A DNA stretch of 32,000 bases from Candidatus Peribacter riflensis (GTDB lineage: Bacteria; Patescibacteriota; Gracilibacteria; Peribacterales; Peribacteraceae), in assembly GCA_001430755.1 (NCBI GenBank), contig CP013062.1, positions 1,080,001-1,112,000 of the forward strand, written 5' to 3'. The position numbers were made by a program, and so were the translations under genes. Below the pieces are notes generated by a model. It did not search any database. It worked only from the letters and a program-made list of their open reading frames with translations, and had not been told where the DNA came from. Below are positions 9,022-17,724 of the stretch, piece by piece; positions within the stretch are counted from its first letter, which is position 1; each line of letters opens with the position of its first letter.

Positions 9022-9780
9022 ATGTATGTTCCTGATTTGTCTTTAGCCATTCTTTTTGGGATTCTTGGTCTTGTGTTCGGGAGTTTCGGCACCGTGCTGA
9101 TCGCGCGTCTCCCGGCGGGGCAGCACATAGGCGGCCGGTCCCGCTGCCCCAGATGCAAGCACATGCTCGGGGTGGCTGAGCTCATCCCGCTCGTGAGCTA
9201 TTGCTTTCTCTCCGGGCGCTGTCGTCACTGTCGAAGATCCATTGGCGTGCTCTACCCGCTCATCGAGCTTGGGTCCGCACTTCTCTTCCTCCTTGCGCTG
9301 CTCCTCGTCAAAGAGGCGCTTTCTTCCCTCCTCCTCGCGCTTGCGCTCTGGTTGCTCCTGCTTATTGCCGTGATGGACGCGCGAACGCAGAGCATCCATG
9401 ACCTCCTCAATTTCTCTCTCATTGCGTTCGCCGTTGCCTATGCAGTGAGTGTGGGGAGCGTGCAGATTGCCGCCCCCCTTCTTCTCGGCGCGTTCTTTGG
9501 CGGGCAGTGGGTGCTCAGCCGGGGGCGGTGGGTGGGGAGCGGAGACATCCTCCTCGGTATCGGCGTCGGGTTTCTTCTGGGGGACTGGATGCGAGCCCTG
9601 CTCTGCCTCGGTCTGGCATACATCCTGGGGGCAATGGTGGCCTCGTACCTGCTTCTTCTCCATAAAGCCTCCCGCAAGAGCCACATTCCCTTCGGGCCGT
9701 TTCTGGCTGGAGCGGCCCTGCTCACGATCATGTTTGGAGATCGGATACTCGGCCTGCTTGTCCCAGGGTTCTTTCTCTAG
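9022..9780 (+). CDS. pilD: Prepilin peptidase (A24 family, PilD/ComC-like)
   Basis: CPRCKHMLGVAELIPLVSYCFLSGRCRHCRRSI (two CxxC pairs), a multi-TM body, and Asp motifs VMDARTQSI and GSGDILLG. Confidence 0.85.
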   Translation: MYVPDLSLAILFGILGLVFGSFGTVLIARLPAGQHIGGRSRCPRCKHMLGVAELIPLVSYCFLSGRCRHCRRSIGVLYPLIELGSALLFLLALLLVKEALSSLLLALALWLLLLIAVMDARTQSIHDLLNFSLIAFAVAYAVSVGSVQIAAPLLLGAFFGGQWVLSRGRWVGSGDILLGIGVGFLLGDWMRALLCLGLAYILGAMVASYLLLLHKASRKSHIPFGPFLAGAALLTIMFGDRILGLLVPGFFL

Positions 9781-9800
9781 GCTTTCGTTCCCCGGGTATT

Positions 9801-9842
9801 AAAAAGTGGGCTCTCGCCCGACAAGAGTTGGGCAAGAGCCCA
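9801..9842 (-). terminator. Stem-loop (13 bp, 1 mismatch) followed by T5 when read on the minus strand
   Basis: tgggctctcgccc (9807..9819) pairs with gggcaagagccca (9830..9842). AAAAA at 9801..9805 on the plus strand is TTTTT downstream on the minus strand. There is no U-tract on the plus side. Confidence 0.4.
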
Positions 9843-10034
9843 TAGATGTACCATCGTTCACACTATTCGCCCGGAAAACCGGAGCGCCGCCGATGAGAAA
9901 GACTCAACGAGGAGTTTTATGATGGCTTCTGTATCGTACAGAAAGTCTCAGGAATGTCAAGTTAAGCGATTTCTGCCCATCCTGCGCAGGGAACGGGCTG
10001 GCTGATTCCCCCTCCCTCGCGCATACTCTGCGCG

Positions 10035-10472
10035 ATGAAGGTCATCGCCGAGAACCGCCGGGCGCGCTTTGATTACGAGATCCTCGAGACGGTCGAAGCC
10101 GGCATCATGCTCACGGGTCCTGAGGTGAAATCCTGCCGCGCAGGGCATGTGAATCTGGCGGGGGCCTATGTTTCGTTTCGGGATGGGAAAGCGATTTTGA
10201 AGAATGTCTCCATTTCTGCCTATGCTTTTGCGGCCAATATTCCGCACGAAGAAAAGCGCGATCGCACGATGCTTCTAAAGTCCTCGGAACTGAAGAAACT
10301 CACGACACGGGCGGAAGAAAAAGGCCTCTCAGTTGTCCCTCTCGCCATGCATGTGGGGCGCTTCGTGAAGGTGCTGCTGGGCATCGGGCGCGGGCGCAAG
10401 AAAACCGACAAGCGCCAGCGCATCAAAGAGCGCGAAGTCGCCCGCAAGCTCAAGCAGACGGGGGATTATTGA
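10035..10472 (+). CDS. smpB: SsrA-binding protein SmpB
   Basis: Canonical N-terminus IAENRRARFDYEILETVEAGIMLTGPEVKS and a basic C-terminal tail. Confidence 0.9.
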   Translation: MKVIAENRRARFDYEILETVEAGIMLTGPEVKSCRAGHVNLAGAYVSFRDGKAILKNVSISAYAFAANIPHEEKRDRTMLLKSSELKKLTTRAEEKGLSVVPLAMHVGRFVKVLLGIGRGRKKTDKRQRIKEREVARKLKQTGDY

Positions 10473-10528
10473 GAAGAGAGAAAACACATTCTCTCCGCCT
10501 GCCGCATCCTGCATACTGCACCCTGTCC

Positions 10529-11125
10529 ATGTCGCTCCTCCCTCCGCAAATCACCAAAGCCATCGAGGAATTCTCGAAGCTCCCGGGCATCGGGCCCAAG
10601 TCCGCCGAGCGTCTGACGTTTCACCTGCTGCGCAGCTCCAAAGCCTCGCCCGAGAATCTGGGCAAGGCACTGTCGGACCTCAAGATGGAGCTCAAGTACT
10701 GCCGGAACTGCCAGATGGTCACCCTGCAGGAGGAATGTTCCATCTGTGCCGACACCTCCCGCGATCATGCGACGGTGCTCGTCGTCGAAAACCCACTCGA
10801 TGTCATCGCGTTCGAACGCTCCGGTTTTAAAGGCGTCTACCATGTGCTGCATGGGGTACTCTCGCCGATCGATGGCATGGGGCCGGAACAGCTGCGCCTC
10901 AAAGAGCTCACGGACCGGTGTGCGGATGGCGCAGTGGGAGAGGTGATTGTGGCGACAAATCCGGACATTGAAGGGGAGGCCACTGCCAGCTTCATCCGTG
11001 AGCGTCTGAAGGAGAAAGTGCAGAAGATCACCCGCCTCGCGCACGGGCTTCCTATGGGCGCAGATATTGAGTTTGCCGATCAGGTGACGCTGAAAGAGGC
11101 GGTGGAGGGGAGACGGAACCTGTGA
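10529..11125 (+). CDS. recR: Recombination protein RecR
   Basis: LPGIGPKSAERLTFHLL (HhH), CRNCQMVTLQEECSICAD (C4 zinc finger), Toprim VLVVENPLDVIAFE. The track start at 10469 is a TTG, so I trimmed to the ATG at 10529. Confidence 0.9.
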   Translation: MSLLPPQITKAIEEFSKLPGIGPKSAERLTFHLLRSSKASPENLGKALSDLKMELKYCRNCQMVTLQEECSICADTSRDHATVLVVENPLDVIAFERSGFKGVYHVLHGVLSPIDGMGPEQLRLKELTDRCADGAVGEVIVATNPDIEGEATASFIRERLKEKVQKITRLAHGLPMGADIEFADQVTLKEAVEGRRNL

Positions 11126-11191
11126 GGTCCCCTTTAAACAGAGGAGGTCCTCGGAGACCCCCTCTGCGCGTCGTGGATTGCGCACAATGAC

Positions 11192-11725
11192 TCAGGACGA
11201 GGTACTCGAAGAACTGGAAGAACTCAGAGACGAACTCGCACTGGACCCGGCACCCACTGCGGCGCTGATTGTTGCCGAGATGTCAGTGCGGAGCGCGAGG
11301 AGCGCGCTATGGATCTTCGCAAGAATATTGCTGTAGAGCTGGGCGCGCGCCTCCAACGAAAGTGCTGCAATGCCACTGCCAGCATTACGGAGTTGCACCT
11401 TGAGCCAGGCACTGAATGTATTCAATTCCAAACGCAAGCCACTGACCAGTTTCCCGTAGGAGGCGCGCGCCTCTATGACGGCTCCGGTTTGAGCTTTGAC
11501 CTTCGCTTCTACTTTTGCCTTCACTTCCACATGCCGCTCTGTGCGGAGAAGGATGCGCTCGGCACGCGTTTTGGCACGCGCAAGTACAACGCTGGCCGCC
11601 ACAGAATCCCTGTCGTCATCATTGTCATTATTGGAATCCTGGGAAGCGTAGGCGGGAGCTATCTGCCCCACCAGAAGTCCCATCATCATTGCCAGTGCGA
11701 TGAAAGGGCGTGAAAAGGTACTCAT
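11192..11725 (-). CDS. Secreted helical protein of unknown function with a poly-Ser C-terminus
   Basis: Signal peptide MSTFSRPFIALAMMMGLLVGQIAPAYA/SQ, an Asp/Asn-rich segment, predicted helices, and a tail SSASSSLSSSSSSSTSS. It lies directly downstream of the sigma/anti-sigma pair. Confidence 0.55.
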   Translation of the reverse strand: MSTFSRPFIALAMMMGLLVGQIAPAYASQDSNNDNDDDRDSVAASVVLARAKTRAERILLRTERHVEVKAKVEAKVKAQTGAVIEARASYGKLVSGLRLELNTFSAWLKVQLRNAGSGIAALSLEARAQLYSNILAKIHSALLALRTDISATISAAVGAGSSASSSLSSSSSSSTSS

Positions 11726-11781
11726 AAAGAAAGGGGGAAAGAAATAGGGACATCACAGAAGACGATGCAGGCAGCCGATTC

Positions 11782-12900
11782 TTACCGCCCGTCTTCTTTG
11801 GGCTCTTTCTCCTTTCTCTCTTCCCTCTCATGGTTCTCCTCTTCTCGAGAGGAAGAGGAGCGTATAGGGCTGGTGAAAAACATCTCGGATGACGATGCGG
11901 CGGAAGAGCGGGGCGGTGTTTCCTGTAGCAGGCGGAGGAGAGATCGTGCGGCATTCTCGCGCCGTTCTTTTCTTTCTCCCCCCGAGAGGATTTCGGATGT
12001 CTCTTCACTGGAGGAAGAAGCATGGCTGAATGCAGAAGAGGACGCGGCTGATGCCTCTTGCCGCTCCTCTTCATTTCGGGGAGGGGCGACTACCCTCCTC
12101 TCCTCTTTTTCTTCAAGTTTCTTTTCCATCCTCTCGCGATTCTGCTTTTCCTCTGCGCTGGAAGAGGAAGATGCGTCATCACGGTCGTTTTCATCGAGCT
12201 CATCGGCGGCGTCCTCCATGAGCGTTTTTAGTGTCTGGGGGATTCCAATGGCCGCCTGAACCTGCAGGAGCGATTTCTGATGTTGGGTGAGTTCCAGCAG
12301 GAGATCCCTGCGGATTGCCTTCCTCTCTTCAGCAGGAAGGCTGTGCAGATATTTCTGAAGGCTGACAGCGTTCTCTTCCATTTGAGAGCGGAGGGTCGCT
12401 CCCCGATCATCGGAATCCGATTCCTGGTCCAGGGTATTGGCCTCATCAAGCCTTCGTTCGATGGTCCGGATCGTCCACTGCGCACGTCTGGCGGAAGTGA
12501 TGGAAAGGCCGGAAATGACGGGTTCCGTAATATGCACCTTGATGGGATAGAGCAGGTCACCCGGCATCGAACCCTCTGCGGCGTACGCCATGCCTCCTCC
12601 GGCAAGCAAGACGATGCATGCAGAGACGAGCGTGGCGGCCAAAGGCCTGGAGAAGACAGAGAAGAGAGAGAGCCTCCGTTCCTCGAGGGGATTACTTCGC
12701 ATGAAGCTGAGGAGTTTCGCGCGGCCGATGGCCTTCTCATAATCGGTTAATCGGAGGGAGCCAGATGATGCCCGCAGCACATCAGAGGGCGCGAAACTCA
12801 TCGTATGTGCCGTGAGCGCGGCGCGCACCTGCGCGTGTTCCACGGGCGAGAGCGTGCAGGAGCGGGCGGCGGCCAGGAATGCGGTGACGCGCTTATCCAT
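11782..12900 (-). CDS. Putative membrane anti-sigma factor (DUF5667-like extracytoplasmic domain) with a highly charged low-complexity C-terminus
   Basis: Its start overlaps the sigma-factor stop by 8 nt (ATGGATAA). It has a short cytoplasmic N-terminus, the TM helix LAATLVSACIVLLAGGGMAYAA, then the PGDLLYPIKVHITEPV block that I associate with DUF5667. The last ~150 aa are E/R/S-rich. Confidence 0.5.
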   Translation of the reverse strand: MDKRVTAFLAAARSCTLSPVEHAQVRAALTAHTMSFAPSDVLRASSGSLRLTDYEKAIGRAKLLSFMRSNPLEERRLSLFSVFSRPLAATLVSACIVLLAGGGMAYAAEGSMPGDLLYPIKVHITEPVISGLSITSARRAQWTIRTIERRLDEANTLDQESDSDDRGATLRSQMEENAVSLQKYLHSLPAEERKAIRRDLLLELTQHQKSLLQVQAAIGIPQTLKTLMEDAADELDENDRDDASSSSSAEEKQNRERMEKKLEEKEERRVVAPPRNEEERQEASAASSSAFSHASSSSEETSEILSGGERKERRENAARSLLRLLQETPPRSSAASSSEMFFTSPIRSSSSREEENHEREERKEKEPKEDGR

Positions 12901-13393
12901 GAGGGCTTAAGAGGGACTGGAGCTTTTCGATGCCACGGTTCACGCGAACAGAAATCACATTGGGGGAGACATCAAGGAGCGCGGCGATCTCGCGCGGGGG
13001 GAGCCCATCAATAAAACGCAGAATGACGGCTGTCCGGTACGGCTCCTCGATGTTCTGAAATGCTTCAAGCACGAAACGCTCTTCGAATACCGCAGCGGGA
13101 CCTTTTTCGCGGCTGGGAGGGTTGAACCCCGTTTCCATCATCTCCTCCAGAGAGGAGGTGGGCCGGCGCTTTCTGCGACGGACCATATCAATGATGAGAT
13201 TGTTGGCGACACGGTAGAGGTAGGCGCGCATATTCCGGACGGTGATGCCGCCGACAATGGCCTCCCATGCGCGGATGAACGTATCCTGCATGAGGTCTTT
13301 GCCCTCTTCGCGGTCGCCGAGTCGCAGCGCGCAGTGGCGGAAAATCGCATCCGCGTAGCTGTCGTAGGCCTCCAGAAACTCCTGTTGGGTCAT
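12893..13393 (-). CDS. ECF-type RNA polymerase sigma factor (sigma-70 family)
   Basis: Region 2 GKDLMQDTFIRAWEAI...YLYRVANNLIIDMVRRR. Region 4 HTH PPREIAALLDVSPNVISVRVNRGIEKL. The track start at 13411 is a TTG, so I use the ATG at 13393 (MTQQEF). Confidence 0.85.
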   Translation of the reverse strand: MTQQEFLEAYDSYADAIFRHCALRLGDREEGKDLMQDTFIRAWEAIVGGITVRNMRAYLYRVANNLIIDMVRRRKRRPTSSLEEMMETGFNPPSREKGPAAVFEERFVLEAFQNIEEPYRTAVILRFIDGLPPREIAALLDVSPNVISVRVNRGIEKLQSLLSPHG

Positions 13394-13465
13394 CGAGAGG
13401 GTGGGTGACAAAGGGAAGACGCTCGCGAATGCCTATTCTTACACAGATCGACCCGAAAATAGCGA

Positions 13466-14983
13466 TCAATGCTTGAACCCCCGCACCCCCGTAAACACCA
13501 TCGGAATCTTGAGCGCATTTGCCTTTGCGATCACCTCTTCATCCCGCACGGAGCCCCCCGGCTGGACAATGGCGGCAATGCCGAACTTGGCAGCCTCCTC
13601 TACACTATCCGGGAAGGGAAAGAACGCGTCTGAGGCCATGACGGCGTCTTTGGCTTTCTCTCCGGCTCGTCGCGCGGCAATGATCGTCGAATCCACCCGG
13701 CTCGTCTGGCCGGCACCGATGCCCACCGTGCAGGCGTCTTTCACAAAGACGATGGCGTTCGATTTGGCGTGCTTCACGACCTTCCAGGCGAAGAGTAGAT
13801 CGCGGGTCTGCTCCTTTGTCGGCTTGGTTTCCGTCACACACGTGAGATCCTTTTCCGTCACCACGCGCGTATCGAGATTCTGCACGAGCATGCCGCCGAG
13901 CGCGGTGCGGAACGAAACGATCTCGGCATTGGGCTTCATGCAGTGATTTTCAATGACGCGGATTTTTGGCTTCTGCCTGAGAAGTTCCAAGGCTCCCGGT
14001 TCGTAACTTGGCGCGATGATGATCTCGACGAAGATTTTCTGTTCCAAAATCTTTTCGATGACTGCTTTCGTGCATAGCCGGTTCAGAGCGATGATCACGC
14101 CGAAGGCAGAGAGCCTGTCGGCGTCATAGGCGCGCTGAAACGCCTCGGCAATGTCTGCGTGCGAGGCGACCCCAGACGGATTGGCGTGCTTGATACATGC
14201 GGCGGTCGGCTCCTGAAACTCGCAGACCAGATTCCACGCACCATCGGCATCCAGAATGTTCAAGTAACTCATCTGCTTCTCCTCCTGCTGCAGCACGACC
14301 CAATCCGGAGGATTCCCCGGCACTTCGTAGAAGGCTCCCCACTGGTGCGGGTTCTCGCCGTAGCGAAGAGGCGTGCGGTTCGTGAGGAGCACGCCCGTGT
14401 GCAGACGATCCGAGAGCGTACGGGTAATGGCGGTATCGTAGGCGGCCGTGTGCAGGAACACCTTTTCGGCAAGCATCTTCCGCGTTTCCGGTTTCGTCTC
14501 TCCGGCACTCTTCAGTTCCGCCAGAACAGAAGCGTAATCCTGCGGATCGCACACGACAGTCACGCTCTCCGCATTCTTGGCGGCAGCCCGAAGGAGACTG
14601 GGCCCGCCGATATCAATCTGCTCGATTATCTCTTCACGTGTCGCGCCGAGCTTTGCCGCCGTCGTTTCAAACGGGTAGAGGTTCACGCACACGAGGTCGA
14701 TCGGTTCGATGTGTAATTTCTTCGCCTCGGCCACGTGCTCTTTGTCGTCGCGCTTGAAGAGAATACCGCCGAAAATGAGGGGATGGAGTGTCTTGAGTCT
14801 TCCGCCGAAGCACTCGGAAAAGCCCGTCACTTTCTCGACGGGTGTCACAGGGATTTTGGCTTTCTCCAGGGCGACCTTCGTTCCTCCGGTCGAGATGATT
14901 TTGAATCCGAGTTCAGTCAGTCCCCGGGCGAATTCCTCGATGCCGTGTTTGTCACTGACCGAGAGGAGGGCGTAGCGAAGCAT
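13466..14983 (-). CDS. purH: Bifunctional AICAR transformylase / IMP cyclohydrolase
   Basis: MLRYALLSVSDKHGIEEFARGL (MGS-like domain), then KHAKSNAIVFVKD, GIGAGQTSRVDS and ASDAFFPFPD. The track start at 15031 is a TTG, so I trimmed to the ATG at 14983. Confidence 0.9.
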   Translation of the reverse strand: MLRYALLSVSDKHGIEEFARGLTELGFKIISTGGTKVALEKAKIPVTPVEKVTGFSECFGGRLKTLHPLIFGGILFKRDDKEHVAEAKKLHIEPIDLVCVNLYPFETTAAKLGATREEIIEQIDIGGPSLLRAAAKNAESVTVVCDPQDYASVLAELKSAGETKPETRKMLAEKVFLHTAAYDTAITRTLSDRLHTGVLLTNRTPLRYGENPHQWGAFYEVPGNPPDWVVLQQEEKQMSYLNILDADGAWNLVCEFQEPTAACIKHANPSGVASHADIAEAFQRAYDADRLSAFGVIIALNRLCTKAVIEKILEQKIFVEIIIAPSYEPGALELLRQKPKIRVIENHCMKPNAEIVSFRTALGGMLVQNLDTRVVTEKDLTCVTETKPTKEQTRDLLFAWKVVKHAKSNAIVFVKDACTVGIGAGQTSRVDSTIIAARRAGEKAKDAVMASDAFFPFPDSVEEAAKFGIAAIVQPGGSVRDEEVIAKANALKIPMVFTGVRGFKH

Positions 14984-15353
14984 GAAAAGAAACGAGCGGA
15001 AGGAGTCTAGCGTGAAGAAGGAGAAAATCAATAATTTGAGCTCCTACATGCGTTGACCGAAGCATTTGACAAAGATAGATTATATTTAGATCTGATGAAA
15101 ACCAGATCTGTTCATTCAAAGTGTCGGCGAGCAAGTTCCGAGGCAGTTCCTCTTCCACATTTTCAGAAAGAGAACCAACGATGGACGACTTCGGTCACGT
15201 TTGGGCGAGCATCACACTTGCCCTTGTCATGCTGGCAAGTGTTGCCAGTGTGTGGCTGTACTAACTTGCTGACCCACTTTCCCTCCCGAGTTCTGGATAA
15301 GAATTCGGGAGGTTGTCATATTCAAATGAGATTTGGAAAAATATGCGGGGTTT

Positions 15354-15393
15354 CCAAAATCCGTAGCGGAAGATCGCGAGCTTCCGCTACGGA
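15354..15393 (-). terminator. Rho-independent terminator of the pyrophosphatase gene
   Basis: Perfect 13-bp stem tccgtagcggaag (15360..15372) / cttccgctacgga (15381..15393). On the minus strand it is followed by TTTTGG and lies 20 nt after the stop codon. Confidence 0.65.
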
Positions 15394-15413
15394 GATGAAC
15401 AGAAAAAACAGAA

Positions 15414-17531
15414 TCAGATGAACAGCGCCGCGAGTGCGAGTGTCAGGGTCGAGAAGAGCTTGATCAGCACGTGCAGGCTGGGGCCGGCGGTGTCTTTGAA
15501 AGGATCGCCGACCGTATCGCCCGTAACGGCAGCCTGGTGCGCGGGGCTCTTCTTGCCGCCGTAGGCACCCGACTCGATGAACTTCTTCGCGTTATCCCAT
15601 GCGCCGCCGGAGTTGTTGAGGTAGGCAGCAAGGATGACACCCGTGATGGTGCCGACCATCAGGAAACCGGCAACCGCTTCGGCGCGGAAGATGATGCCCA
15701 CTGCAATCGGGGCAACGATCGCGACGAGGCCGGGGAGCACCATCTCTTTGAGGGCGCCGCGAGTGGCGATATCCACTGCCGCAGCGTAATCCGGCTCCTC
15801 CGTTCCCTGCATGATGCCCGCATGCTCCCGGAATTGCTTGCGTACCTCTTCCACGATCACGCCTGCAGCGCGCCCCACAGCTCGGATGGTGAGGGAGGTG
15901 AAGAAGAAGACGATGACTGCACCGAGGAATGCCCCGATGAAGACGGGAACTTTGGCAAGGTCGACCACTGAGATGCGCGCCTCTTCCAGGAATGCCGAGA
16001 AGAGCAGGAAGGCGGCGAGTGCTGCGGAGCCGACGGCGTAGCCCTTCGTGAGGGCCTTGGTCGTGTTGCCGCACGCATCGAGCTCATCCGTGACGAGACG
16101 CAGCTCATCCGGGGCTTTGCTCATCTCCACAATGCCTCCGGCGTTGTCTGTAATGGGTCCGAACATATCCATCGCGAGCACGTAGCCCACCATCGTGAGC
16201 ATGCCCATGGTGGCGACGGCCGTGCCGTACAGGCCGCCCGAGGGGAGGCCCGTCTGCTCACCGAACCAGTAGGAGGCCAGAAGGGCGGCGCACACCGTCA
16301 GCACCGAGAGCCCCGTGGACTCCATGCCGATGGCCGTACCCGAGATGATGTTCGTCGCATGCCCGGTCGTGGAGGCCTTGGCAATCGCCTGTACCGGACG
16401 GTGATCCTTGCTCGTGTAGTAGTCCGTGATGTAAACGAAGGCCACACTCGTCAGGATGCCCACGACCCCGCAGAGAAAGAACCACGGAGCGGCGTTGGCG
16501 AGCTGGAAGAAGGCAACAAAAGAGCCCACGACGCTCCCGGAGGAGGCCGTAGAAAGCATGAGTGCGGAACAGCCGAAGAGTGCGATCGTCGTGAGGCCGG
16601 TCGTCACCCAGTAGCCGCGTACCATCGCCCCCATGGGGGTATCACCCTCTTTGGCGCGCACCGAGTACACGCCGAAGATCGTTGCGATGAGACCGAAGGC
16701 ACGGAGGATCAGAGGGAAGAGAATGCCCTTGAGCCCGAAGACCGGGTAGAGGGCGACTCCCAACACCATCGCGCCGATATTCTCGGCCGAGATGGATTCG
16801 AACAAGTCCGCCCCGCGGCCCGCGCAGTCGCCGACGTTGTCGCCGACGAGGTCCGCGATCACGGCGGGGTTACGGGGATCATCCTCCGGAATGCCGGCCT
16901 CAATCTTGCCCACGAGGTCCGCACCCACATCCGCCGCCTTGGTGTAGATTCCGCCGCCGAGTTGTGCGAAGAGCGCCACGAAGCTCGCTCCGAATCCGTA
17001 GCCGACGATGAGGGCGGGAATCTGCTCTGCAGGAACTCCCATACCGACGCGGTAGAACAAGTAGAGTCCGCTGATGCCGAGGAGTGAGAGTGCGGTGATG
17101 ACGAGTGCCGAGACCGTACCGCTCCGCAAGGCCATCTTGAGTGCGCTGTCGAGACCGGTGCGCGCGCTGGCGGCCACTTTCAGGTTCGCGCGTGTGGCGA
17201 CGACCATGCTCACCACGCCGGCTATTCCTGAGAGCAAACAACCGAGGAGGAACGAGATTCCTATCTCAAATCCGTGTGCCCAGCTGTTCTCTCCTCCCAC
17301 GAGGCCGTACACAATGATCATGAGCAGGCCGACCGTAATCGAGAGGAGCGTGATAGTGCGGTACTGGCGCCGGATGAAGGCGCGTGCCCCCACCGAGATC
17401 GCGCGTGCGACCTTTTCCATGGCGGGAGTGCCGGTGGGCGCAGCTTTCACGGCATTCCAGAACACAAGGCTGTAGGCAAGACCGCCGACGGCGATGACGG
17501 GGGCCAGAAGCTCGAGGAACAAGGAGTTCAT
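15414..17531 (-). CDS. hppA: Membrane-bound proton-translocating pyrophosphatase, K+-independent subtype
   Basis: 705 aa, about 16 TM helices. [18 protein letters not shown] has Lys in the GNTT(K/A) position, the published K+-independence determinant. Also [16 protein letters not shown] and [16 protein letters not shown]. Confidence 0.9.
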   Translation of the reverse strand: MNSLFLELLAPVIAVGGLAYSLVFWNAVKAAPTGTPAMEKVARAISVGARAFIRRQYRTITLLSITVGLLMIIVYGLVGGENSWAHGFEIGISFLLGCLLSGIAGVVSMVVATRANLKVAASARTGLDSALKMALRSGTVSALVITALSLLGISGLYLFYRVGMGVPAEQIPALIVGYGFGASFVALFAQLGGGIYTKAADVGADLVGKIEAGIPEDDPRNPAVIADLVGDNVGDCAGRGADLFESISAENIGAMVLGVALYPVFGLKGILFPLILRAFGLIATIFGVYSVRAKEGDTPMGAMVRGYWVTTGLTTIALFGCSALMLSTASSGSVVGSFVAFFQLANAAPWFFLCGVVGILTSVAFVYITDYYTSKDHRPVQAIAKASTTGHATNIISGTAIGMESTGLSVLTVCAALLASYWFGEQTGLPSGGLYGTAVATMGMLTMVGYVLAMDMFGPITDNAGGIVEMSKAPDELRLVTDELDACGNTTKALTKGYAVGSAALAAFLLFSAFLEEARISVVDLAKVPVFIGAFLGAVIVFFFTSLTIRAVGRAAGVIVEEVRKQFREHAGIMQGTEEPDYAAAVDIATRGALKEMVLPGLVAIVAPIAVGIIFRAEAVAGFLMVGTITGVILAAYLNNSGGAWDNAKKFIESGAYGGKKSPAHQAAVTGDTVGDPFKDTAGPSLHVLIKLFSTLTLALAALFI

Positions 17532-17675
17532 ACAGAGAGGGGAGAAAAGTGTACGAAAGCATCCCGCGCGGGGAACGAAGGCCTCGCCATCGCTCCGGGG
17601 ACGTCGCCAGAGAGCCTAGGGGTGGGGCTCCTATTCCGTCAACCGGGAGGCCCGGGAACCTGCCGTTCAGGAACT

Positions 17676-17704
17676 TTGCAGAAAGTGCCTTTCTGTGCTA
17701 TCAT
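17676..17704 (+). promoter_or_regulatory. Sigma-70-type promoter TTGCAG-N17-TATCAT (with TGc extended -10) for the response regulator
   Basis: -35 at 17676..17681, -10 at 17699..17704, 20 nt to the ATG at 17725. The segment is 25/32 identical to the histidine-kinase promoter/leader at 27486..27517. Confidence 0.5.
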
Positions 17705-17724
17705 ACATAGTCAGATACACAATT

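Noticed and set aside
9927-9943. Palindrome TTCTGTATCGTACAGAA as a LexA/SOS box
   Set aside because: It contains CTGT...ACAG, but the spacing (N5) does not fit the E. coli-type CTGT-N8-ACAG box or the Gram-positive GAAC-N4-GTTC box. No SOS gene is adjacent. I keep it only as a generic candidate operator.
9781-10034. tmRNA (ssrA) next to smpB
   Set aside because: The spacer is too short for a ~350-nt tmRNA. It also lacks the tRNA-like 3' end (T-arm GGTTCGAATCC...CCACCA type) and any resume-codon or tag frame.
15053-15421. 122-aa plus-strand ORF in the purH-hppA spacer
   Set aside because: It reads across two strong hairpins and the hppA terminator. Its product is a Cys/Arg/Ser-rich sequence with no coding-like features. 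Only the short internal 27-codon frame looks gene-like, and even that is tentative.
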